In this document: piece after piece, positions 52,485 to 64,000 of the stretch | How the letters are laid out: each line of letters begins with the position of its first letter | How positions within the stretch are numbered: the stretch's first letter is position 1 | Assembly: GCF_006345805.1 (NCBI RefSeq) | Contig: NC_042997.1 | Span: forward strand, 123,566,001 to 123,630,000 | Length of the DNA stretch: 64,000 bases | From: Octopus sinensis | Lineage: Eukaryota | Reading direction: 5' to 3' | Program-made: the position numbers and the translations under genes | Notes under the pieces: generated by a model | What the model was told of the DNA's origin: nothing | Seen by the model: only the letters and a program-made list of their open reading frames with translations | Database searches by the model: none

Positions 52485-53528
52485 CATGTATATATACAGA
52501 TCTGACAATGAGTCACACGACAGTAAATCAAAATTCCATAAATACTATTTTCAATTTTGTACTGACTCAAATGGAAAAAATGTGTCACTCAAGAAGCACA
52601 TCAGTTTGAACTCATTTCATGATGTTTCATACAAAGATGCTTTTCCTACGTTCATGCAGTTGTTAAACATCAATAAATCTTGGAATTTATACAACCCTGT
52701 ATCACCTAACTTCGTAGCATTCCTGACCGAAGTTCTAGAAAATTTGATCGTTATATATACCTTTAAGTTAGGATGTGGAACCATGGGAATATGACATATG
52801 CTCAAGTTCGATTGATTCAATAGAACTTGCTCGGTCAAAAATAGATAATTTGTACAAGGCAATAAATTATATGATGAAACAGAATGACATGCTAGCCATG
52901 CGGATGGCAGCTGCTCTCTTGAACACACTTAAGGAAATAAGACGATATATCGTATACCCCTTGAGTATCATATTGGCTTAAAGAAAGGAAAACACAAAGC
53001 TCGATTATTAAAACGCTGCAGTATTTGAATCAATATAATGAATAATGTCAATCTTTACCTACTCATGATACCTTCCGGCTGTCTAACACTGTTTGAATAA
53101 TACCAACTGTTTGCTTTCAAAAATTGATTTGCAAAGTAAACGTCAGTTTACTTCCTATAGAATTTATTTATTGATTGCTAATTACATACATTATAATGTA
53201 TTGATTAATAATTAACTTCATATTATTTCGGTTAACTGATCGAACATTTGGCACGAATGGTAAACAAAGCCGTCTTGCTGCGAAATATCTTCGTTTCTTC
53301 ACATATTCAAGAAATTATCAATATTTTTGAAGAGAAAATTAATTAGCATTCATATTTAAAAGTTTCATCTGCTGAATTTTACAACTCTGATCGTCTGATC
53401 ATCCTAAACATATATATATATATATATATACACACAAATATTGCAATATTTGTATACATAACATATATGTATAAGTATTTATATATATACACATATGAAT
53501 ATATATATGAACATAAATATATATATGC

Positions 53529-53559
<31 letters not shown>

Positions 53560-54059
53560 GGAGGAATTTCAAACTTGTTTCGTGGTCTGCTACCACAACA
53601 ACTCCTTTATAGGATCCAGTTTACTCAAGACATCATCAGGAAGAACCACGTCCAGTTTCGGTACCTACTCCTCTAACGTTTTGACGTGGCGCCCCAAACC
53701 CTTTTGGCGGTATCTTCAGCTCTGGTGTTGGCTGCATGTCTTCTTTCTTCTTCTTACTTCTGTTCTCTGGCTTCTTCGATGTCAACGGGTGTGAGCGGGC
53801 GACTGACTGTCTTTCAAATTTCCCTTTAAATACCTGCTGCTAGGCTCCAACAGGCAACCGCAGCAAGTTATCCCGGGACACTGTCTCAACTTTAACTGGC
53901 CAATGAAGGCGCGTAATTTTAGCCCACGCATTCTCTAAACGAGACCGTCATCTATCAATCAGCGAAGCTTGTCTCACCTAATGATGTTATTTTCCTGCCG
54001 GCAATGTTATGAATATATATATGAGCATAAATATATATATGCATTTTTGGTCTTCCCGC

Positions 54060-54830
54060 GTCAGCCATATACAGAAACTGGCTTTTCCGACCGCCATCTG
54101 TACTCTCCTTATTAGTTTTCTCAGCTCCGAGCTAGAGAAAACACAACTTTGGCATTTTCCTTTCAGTGATGACTCTAGACCCCACTGCCAGCTGGTAATA
54201 CTCGGCATTCCATTCCTGTTCTCTGCACTCTTCGATTAGTTTTTCGTACCCCTTCTCCTCTCGTTTCTCTGCATTGTCGATGTTCTCTTCCCATGGCACT
54301 GCCAGTTCTAGCAAAATTCCTATTCTCAGTTCTCTGTCCCATAGGACTAAATCTGGTCTTTTTGTCGTTTTTATGAGTGGAAATATTACTAGTCTTTCCA
54401 AATCCGTCACCAGCTCCCAATATCCCTTCCATCTTTCGTCTATCTTGTATATTTTATTTGCAGGCATGGCTTTATATCCTTTTCCCTCCTTCTAGAAGTA
54501 CACTTTCCTGCGCTTTTCCACTTTTGGGTACTTTCCCCTATTGTACCTCTCGATCTTCTCCTTGAGTGCTGCGCTTATGATGCCGAGGACTTGATTATGG
54601 CGCCATGTATACCTTTCTAGTGCTAGTCTGCAGTTTGACAGAAAATGTCTAACCGTCGCTTTCTCTCCGGATCTACACTCATAGGTTGCTTTTATGTTCC
54701 ACCGGCCTAAGTTTGTCGGTGAGAGTAAAACGTTGAAGGTAGACTTAATCAGGAAGGATGTTCTTGCATGTTCCCAAACCCAAAGTTCCTTCCATGATAT
54801 TCTGCGGCTGATCACATATTGTTCCCATCG
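54060..54830 (-). pseudogene. HERO-like retrotransposon C-terminus (zinc knuckle plus REL endonuclease)
   Basis: HFLSNC..RYTWRHNQVL, RPDLVLW, LLELAVPWEEN. Confidence 0.85.
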
Positions 54831-54849
54831 CAGTCATATATATATATAC

Positions 54850-54990
54850 ATTAATGCAGAAGCAGACGACGTAACAGATTTTAGGACGTCTTTGGACAAA
54901 TTCCTTCAAGAAATCTCGGATGAACCTCCTACACCCGGATATGACTCTGCTAACAATAACTATATGAGTAGGACCATGTCGTCCGATTCC
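54850..54990 (+). pseudogene. CR1/L2-like LINE 3' fragment
   Basis: VTDFRTSLDKFLQEISDEPPTPGY resembles the C-terminus of CR1-group ORF2. Confidence 0.5.
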
Positions 54991-55182
54991 TCATTTGAAT
55001 TACTTATCCAGGTAGTGCTACTAAGTTGGACATGGCCAAGGAAAATTCTGGCCGAAACGTTTCAAAATATCAAAATATATATGTGTGTGTGAAAGAGAGA
55101 GAGTGTGTGTGTGTGCTTGTGTGCCTGTGTGTTTGTATGTATACACACACACACACATACACACATACACACACACACACAT

Positions 55183-55257
<75 letters not shown>

Positions 55258-55332
55258 GGTGGACTGCCGCCTTAAATGATTTTTAGTCGAAAGTATCGAC
55301 CCCTGGAATTATTACCACACAGCCAGCCGTGC

Positions 55333-55375
<43 letters not shown>

Positions 55376-55399
55376 AATCCGTCCTTGTTTTTGTATACA

Positions 55400-56220
55400 T
55401 CTACTGCTGCTCTTAGCTTAGATTTTCCACATTGAAACGCTCTTGAGTATAACCATCCGAAACTCCACAGATAATATGGAAATCGACTGACGAAAGAAAG
55501 CTGCGAATGACCGCTCTTTCTTTTTTCTTGTCCCTTTTTGTATCATCCAACGGTCTGGATGTTTTGTTTTCGCCTGTTACGTTCTTGTCCCAGCATTAAT
55601 TCTTTTTTATTTAGATATAGCAGCGCATGTATACTTTGGTTTCTTATATGTAAGTACAGATATATATATATAAATTTTGTACGACTCTCTTATTCTTTCC
55701 TTCTTTCTTTCAGCCCTTCCCAATTTGCCCCTCTCTCAAACTTCTTGGCCTTCCCTTCATTTTTAACTTTCCCTCCTCTTTTACTTCACTTTGCCCTTTA
55801 TCTTTTATCTCGTCCCTCCTTAATTTTTCTATCCCTCTGGCTCTCTCCTCTCTTCTCGTTCCACGTGACCGGTGTTCTGCCAAGCTTGACCTTTCTTTCT
55901 TGGTTCGACTTCCATCCGTGCAACATATATATTTCTTCCCATACATGTCATATTCAATGTCCCTGCCGTAATGATTTACATCCACACACGCCAGCTTAAT
56001 TTAATTCGTACTTAGTCGAAAGACACATGTTGTTAATGTCCTGTTGCTTGAATTTATATTTGTGTGCCACTTCTCTGTTTCCTATTCCGTTCTTGTTTTC
56101 GAATACATTCGCTGCTTTCTTCCAAGGAATCTATTGTACTTAACTTAGATTTTCCCGGGGACTGGCCACATTGGAGCGGTATTCAATATAACCATGCGAA
56201 ACTGCAAAGATAATCTGGAA
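55400..56220 (-). pseudogene. Decayed PLE 3' end with imperfect direct repeats
   Basis: IEYDMYGKKYI..SLAEHR (GIY-YIG-like); 55410-55480 resembles 56135-56220. Confidence 0.45.
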
Positions 56221-56338
56221 TACCAATGAAGAAAGAAACCCCCGAATGTTACCCGTCCATGTTTTCTCTTGGCCCCCTTTTTTGTATCAACTCTCTGGAT
56301 ATTTTCTTGTCGCCTGTTGCCTTATTGTCCCATCTTTG

Positions 56339-56700
<362 letters not shown>

Positions 56701-57730
56701 AGTAGATTTTCCTTCGGTACCTACGATATTTTTAAGGTAGAGGTAATCTAATCATATGGAATCAAATCATCCGACTGGCTTCTACACCATTCCTGTGTTC
56801 CCATATTTATTCGCAATCCTTCGACTCAGTCATCGATAGTTTAAATTTGCTTAGCTAAGTTACTATGAAATGTGATAGGAAGTTAATTACATGTCGGGCT
56901 GTACTACGATTAATGGTTTCGCATTCATGGAGCGCTTAGCGATATATAGGTGCCAAAAAAAGTTTGAAAAATGTTGCTCTCAGTTAATTTGTAAACAAAA
57001 ATATATATATATACTGTCCGAGCCTTAAGTGGGGCGAGTTATCCACACTTAGATCGCTTCCAGTCAGCAAAACATTTGTGGCCCTAACGAACGACCGGGA
57101 AATCTCGCTCTTGCAGTTGGTATAATTTAAATTGTAGACAAGTCCTGAAGACATTTTTTGTAATTTGAAATTCACAGTTTAGCTAATATAACACACATTC
57201 AAATTTCGTTACAGACGTTAGTATATGAGCAGTATGCTTACGTGTACCAAGCGGACCATAGAGTTCAGCTTTGAGGGAATACTATTTATTATAGCCTGCA
57301 AGAAACTTGCTTTAATGTCTGGACACAAAATATGAAGAAATCATTGCTAGTTTAAAATCTCCGAAGTTATAGACGATCGTTGATTAATTGCGGGTTTTAT
57401 TGGCATGTAGAACATCGTTACGAGTTAGAATATGCGCATTACACAACATTGTGTGTGCACAGTCGTTTTGAAGTTCTTAACCCACGCAGAATTTTAATAT
57501 ATGAATCCTTTTCGAAAGCAACAAAAAAAAACCAGAAAAATGACACATTCAAAGTAAAAAATATTTACAATAAAATACTATTCAAATCTCATATATTTTC
57601 TTTATCAATCAGACGCTAAATTACAAAATTATAGTGAATATGTGACCTATTTTCAAAACTGAAACAATGTAGGAATTGTCTACAAAAAAACTTATTGAAT
57701 TTGTTTATCTCATAAATATAATGTTTCTTT

Positions 57731-57776
<46 letters not shown>

Positions 57777-57959
57777 CTCATGTATAATCGATTAAGCAGT
57801 AAGTAAAACAATAATTTGAATGAAAGCGTCTATAAATTTTGTTTTCTTTTCGCGAAATTAACAAACAATATTATTTCAAATAGACAAATTACAAGAGTCA
57901 TCCATCAAACTGAAGCACAATAATTAAACTCGATATTGCAATACTTGTAATATAAGCGC

Positions 57960-58375
<416 letters not shown>

Positions 58376-59094
58376 TGTCTGTTGTCTGTGTGTCTGTGTG
58401 CGATAGCTAACGTACTGAATATGGTAGCTTCCATCTTGCATAAAATTATAATTTTGAACCCCTCAACAAATTCTTTCATATGTTGAAGAATATATATTTA
58501 ATTGATTAAACTCGTCTCCAGATAATTCGCTAGGTAATCGATGCATTATTCATTGTAATATATTCTCTGTGACATAAGAAGAAGAAAAATCTGAAAGGCG
58601 GATACCATGATTAATATTTGAATAATCACTATTTTTGATTAATAGATGTAGTCAGTTAAATTGGTTCGCTAATGAGTGTACCGATAGTAAAACAACTAGA
58701 TTCAAAATAAAATTATAAAAGAACGTATATTTTAAGAAGTGCAACTAATGAGAAAACATTGTATGTTTTCCTGATAATACGTTGTCGAGATATCAGCTTG
58801 AAAGACTGGAGTTTCACTATTTGCTTCAGTGTAGGAAATAGACGAGTTATAAATGTTATGAATAACATTTATTTTGTCATAATGTCCAGGATGGCAGTTT
58901 TAGTGTTAATGACAATGCCAGTGCTAGTCGGAATATTATCGCCAGTAACAATACAAACTACTAAAAGAAAAATGTTTGGACATTACGATAAACAATTTGA
59001 CGATATTCGATAATTGTATATTCCGCTGACAAACGGAATAGTTACTCTCTTCACTTATGTAACTAGCTTCTTTCAGATTCTAACGAAAATACAT

Positions 59095-59116
59095 ACAGAC
59101 ACACACACACACACAC

Positions 59117-59166
<50 letters not shown>

Positions 59167-59275
59167 TTATATATATATATGTATATATATGGATATATAC
59201 ATATATGTGTGTGTTTGTGTGTGCAGAAATATTACAGAGGCATATAAATATAAATATATATATGCATATATATAT

Positions 59276-59321
<46 letters not shown>

Positions 59322-59410
59322 TTCACGCACACACACACATTCACATACGCACACACAAACACACACAAACACAGACATACATACACGCATACATATATAT
59401 ATATCATATA
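59095..59410. repeat. Compound (CA)/(TA) microsatellite
   Basis: Visible directly. Confidence 0.95.
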
Positions 59411-60260
59411 TAAGGAAGTAAAAATCGATGTAATATATATGTGTATATGTGTTTATGGATGCATGTAGAAGTTTGCATGTATACTTGTGAATACTTATGG
59501 ACAGTTGCCCAAGTGTTTAAAAGTGTAAGTGAAATATAACATCTACGCATGGAACTGTACTTGTATTATATGAATATGTATATATGTGTGCGTATACCTA
59601 TTTACATACAAGTAGAATGCAGTAACGTTAGTCAATAGATATGTATTCCAGTCTCTCCTAAAAACAAGGTGCTTGGTAATCATCTAGAAATGTTCCCATG
59701 TAAGTACTTCATTTACTTCCCTTAGGGAATATCTTTTCGAAACGTATGTAGATTTTCTGCTTTGTCTTCTACAAAAGTTACAGTGAAAACCTCTCGTATT
59801 GTCTCAGAGTCCATCATTTTTAGAGCAATAACTGCCGTCATATTCGCAAACCACTGTAAATAAATGATTAAGAAGTGAAATCCACATATATATTGTTGCT
59901 ACATGTTTTTGCTTATAAGCATTCTGAGGTGTTGCATTTACATCCAATAAAATACTTAAATAGGAGACAGACATAAACGCTTGAATAATCTATTAGCTTA
60001 GTGACATTATTTTTCTAAAATTCGCCACGCATCATCCAACATAGTTTCTTTCAAACGGCATTGCTGATCAACTACTGACACAGAGTCTTTTATCTAGTCA
60101 AATGCGAAGCACTGCAACTTTAACAATGCGTTTCAGTGCATGTTAAATAAGTTCCAGTGTTGTTGTTATTCATATATTTTTCTCCGATTCTTAGGCATAT
60201 TTATCTCAAATTGATTGCAATAACTACAGACATTTATAGAACATCACAAGCAATAGAGAC

Positions 60261-60648
60261 ATTGTAAAGTATATTTGCAACATAAATGTGGCTAACCACT
60301 AAGTGTGGATGTTACTGTAGCTTGTAGCCCCAGGAGAACATCTTCTCCAACTGGCTATTGACACACTTTCTTTGCCCTATCAGTATTTGCAAAGGGAAGC
60401 CACACTTCCCATCGTCGACCTGACGTGATACCCACGGACCCGGGTTTCTGGGTAGTTACTCGTCCTCAGCGCACGACAATCACCGGTCTTCAATGTGAAG
60501 GGTTCCCAATGCAAATACATATATCCTTTTTCCAGTGAAAATTGTGTGTCAATAGCCAGCTGGAGAATATATTCTCCTGGGGCTACAAGCTACAGTAGCA
60601 TCCACCCTTAGTGTTTAGCCACATTTAAGTGGCAATATACTTCACATT
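60261..60648. mobile_element. MITE with ~120-bp TIRs
   Basis: GTAGCTTGTAGCCCCAGGAGAA..CTGGCTATTGACACAC / GTGTGTCAATAGCCAG..CTCCTGGGGCTACAAGCTAC. Confidence 0.8.
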
Positions 60649-61675
60649 GTCGTGCAGCCACTGTTAATACTTCGTTCAGAGATTTATTATTGAAATAGAG
60701 ATATTCTTTATAAAAATTATTGGTTTTCAATGTATGTAGCGACTCTAGAAATAACATTATAATGTGTCAGAAATGGACCCCGTATATTTACAGCAAAAAC
60801 AAACAGAAGAGAAAATTTGGAGCTAATATTGAAGTGTTTAACCTGCCTTGCTTCAAGCATGATAACAAAAATCAATATCCAAAAATCCAAAGGTATTTCT
60901 TCGTCACGATAAATCACGAAAAAGATCTAAAGAACATGCCTGGTGTATAGCTACAAGCAATTTACTGGAACCTACTTTCAGCATTTAACTGTGAACAAGT
61001 ATTTTGGCCAATTTCCATGCTTATGCCAGCTAAAACGATATTAATTCAAGTGGTTTCATAGCTGTGTAAGATATTTCAAGTGTATATAAGATTGGCAACA
61101 AAGAAGATATGGATTGAATTTATCCTTCTTGCTTTTGTAGACTCCAGTTTAAAACCAGTGGATTTTTATATGAGGAATGGCAACTCTTGATTTGATGCCA
61201 AAATAAATAAAAGTACAGGCAGAGCGTCTCATTGAACATTCATCTAGAAACATTAACTTCAAGACAATCCTTGTGTTATCATTTATAAAGTGAGGATTGT
61301 TGACTTGGGCTGTGTAAGCCTTTAAGTAGCTGAAAGCGTGTACCTATGCCAAACATAGCCTTTGCGGTAATGTATGTGAATAGTAATGTCAAATGCCTTC
61401 TCATAATGACGTCATCTTGTCAAATATTTATTAGTGTTTTTACTTTACTTCTAACATCACATAATTGCCTATAAAAAGATATTTTGGAAATCTCACACTC
61501 CCTACGATTATCCTTTCACACATTAGTCAATATACTTTTCGACATGTTCCCGGACATAAGTCTTTCTATATATTTGTTTGTCCTATAGCATACCACCTAC
61601 TGATGTCAATTTCGTATTTTTTTTTTACTTTAAATATACGTGTATATCTTATAGTCTGTGAATATACGTAAAAAA

Positions 61676-61978
61676 CGTTGCCCTTTTCAAGCCTAGCCAG
61701 GCTAATGGGCCCGGTTACCCGGTTTCTGTGGCGTATGTGTCCCTCCCAGCTGGACGGGACGCCAGTCCATAGCAGCGTTACTCAAGAAACAAGAAGAGAG
61801 ATTGAGAGAAAGTCGTGGCGAAAGAATACAGCAGGGTTTGGGTCCACCCTCTGTCGGAGCCTTGTGGAGCTTTCAGGTGTTTTCGGTCAATAAACACACA
61901 ACACTCGGTCTGGGAATCGAACCGCGATTCTCCGACCGCGAGTCCGCTGCCTTAACCACTGGGCCATTGCACCTCCAC
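61676..61978 (-). mobile_element. tRNA-SINE with V-domain-like 3' part
   Basis: Head GGTGCAATGGCCCAGTGG..GGTTCGATTCCC; GCTGCTATGGACTGGCGTCCCGTCCAG resembles the V-SINE conserved domain. Confidence 0.7.
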
Positions 61979-62616
61979 ATATTATGTCAATATACATACT
62001 AATTTCGAAATCCTAAAGCTCTCGTCTTGACTCATTATTTCCGATTTTCCCTAGAGATGTGACAAAAATAACCACTTCGTGAACGTTCTATAGTTTACTT
62101 ATTGATATTACTAGTGTGTCATTTCTAATAGTATTCTAATTGTATTCAGTTGGTTGAAATCGATATTTACATTGACATATTATACCAAAATTAATCATGT
62201 TCTTTCAATGAATAATATTTACAAAATGATATTATCTTTCAATCTGCGTTTTGCACCTTCTAATTTAGATGTAAATTATGTTTTTCATTATTGTTTAAAA
62301 GAGAAATGAAGCTTCTTTCATTTTCCTGTTTTTTTTTTTTTTTAACATGGTTTATCGACATAAAATCCTTGAATCCAGATTTTAATATTATGTTAATGTA
62401 TTTCTTCGGAATGTAAAGTGTAGAGTCTCTATTGGCAGTTTTCTATTTTCATGAAATGTGATCATATAATACAATACAAATCGTCTTACGGAATCTTATT
62501 AAAGTACAATGATATCTTCAGGTTATAGATCTTTTGCTAATCAAATTTCGTGATTTACAGTACACAAGTTGCGTAACATATGAACTCCGGGTTTCTATAC
62601 AATTTATTTTTATTGT

Positions 62617-63023
62617 GTGGGCGCAATGGCCTAGTGGTTAGGGCAGGGCACTCGCGGTCGTAGGATCGTGGTTTCGATTCCCAGAACGGGAGTTGTGAGT
62701 GTTTTGAGCGAAAACAATTAATGCTCTACGAGGTTCCGGCAGTGGGTGGTGGCGAACCCTGCTGTATTCTTTTACCACAATTTTCTCACACTCTTTTACT
62801 TCTTTCCGTTGTACCAGTATTTCAAAGAGGCATTTTTCCCACTCTGTCTCACACTGAAGGGTCAGCCTTGTCACACTCTGTGTTACGATGAATCTCCCCC
62901 GAGAAGTACGTTAAGGCTACACTTGTCTGTGGAGTGCTCAGCCACTTGCATGTTAATTTCATGAGCAGGCTTTTCCGTAAATCGGATCAATTGGAACCCT
63001 TGTCCTCGTAACCGACGGAGTGC
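62617..63023 (+). mobile_element. tRNA-SINE sharing head and body with 61676 and tail with 39448
   Basis: GGCGCAATGGCCTAGTGG..TTTCGATTCCC..CCCTGCTGTATTCTTT; tail AGGGTCAGCCTTGTCAC..GTAACCGACGGAG. Confidence 0.75.
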
Positions 63024-64000
63024 GAGGATTTTTAATGTGAAAACAGTAATATTCAGAAACAATTGGTCACTCCGATATTTTTGTATTACTTCTGGTGATA
63101 TCAGTAATGCCTTTTGTTTTATAGTTTTAAATACTTTATGAAACCGATGAATTGTATATATGCAGTCTCGAGTAGTTGGAAACGTTTGCCACAAACTGCA
63201 AATAAAATAGCTTACCATATTTTTTTTTGAAGTTGTATATTATCAAAAGGCACCTCTATAATATTGATTATACACAGAGGTGTATGTGTTCTGCAGGAAA
63301 GTATGAATAATGGCGATTTAATCGTAGGTTATATATGTTTGCATTTGCGAACAGAGGCTTATCGTTATTGTATATATTTTTCATATATAACTCTAGATAC
63401 ATTATCTTTTCTGTGAACATTAAATTCTGACTGGAGGAATATCTATTCGAGATTCTAAGCTTATATAAAATTAATATCACTAAATCTATCGAATTGGTAT
63501 AGAACCCGGTAGGAATAAGAATATTTTCTTGTATCACAAACCTGCATTTATTTTACAGACTTAATATTTCCTCTTCTAAAGTTTTACTGCCTTTCTGCTT
63601 TTACATCAGATACCTGCATATAATGTGGATGTACATCAGCCTACGACTATAATTCACTGCTGCCTCGCAAGCTTTATATTACCCACGGCAAATCATTTTA
63701 CCGCTCTACCGCTCGAAATTTCATTTACACCTATATAACTACATTTATTGGAACTAAACGTGTAATATATGACTAGCTACTGCCGTGCCGAGTTTGCAAA
63801 TATATGAAATGTCTTCTCTGCTCTGACTAACATGGAAGAATGTGTGTCAGTTTTTTTCTCTGTCTCATAGGTGTCCATATTTTTCGAGCGTGAGTAATCC
63901 TTCAGATTCCTGTATATTGGCGTCAAATGAACCTATATTATTTCCCAGCGAAGTTATATGGAGAAATTCAGCAACGGATGTTAAGTGTTTCAGATTATAG

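Noticed and set aside
55025-55068. GGCCA..TGGCC-GAA-ACGT-T hairpin
   Set aside because: The CUGANGA box is absent; at best a dead remnant.
60700-61400. Protein-like reading frames on both strands
   Set aside because: All frames have multiple stops and I could not assign any motif.

Overview
This is AT-rich, microsatellite-dense animal DNA. It is almost certainly cephalopod (octopus-like), inferred from the tRNA-derived SINE families. I could not build any complete host protein-coding gene; only a few candidate micro- and terminal exons appear. The window is mostly mobile-element material: a young, near-complete Neptune-type Penelope-like element (PLE) with an inverted 5' partial copy (23.8-29.3 kb), older PLE remnants, RTE/CR1/HERO/R4-Dong LINE fragments, a decayed mariner, Helitron-like non-autonomous elements, MITEs and at least four tRNA-SINE families. 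The most notable signal is a set of minimal type-I hammerhead ribozyme (HHR) motifs, each with a family-specific palindromic helix III. (i) Three copies in the Neptune pseudo-LTR carry a compensatory U3-A8 core instead of C3-G8. (ii) One forms the 3' tail of a tRNA-headed SINE family, which also shows PLE-style inverted-tail architecture, suggesting a SINE mobilised by PLEs. (iii) One lies inside a 695-bp cassette with identical 143-bp direct repeats, resembling a retrozyme. (iv) Two more lie at 37.1 and 46.1 kb. All structures were folded by eye; none has been computed or tested.
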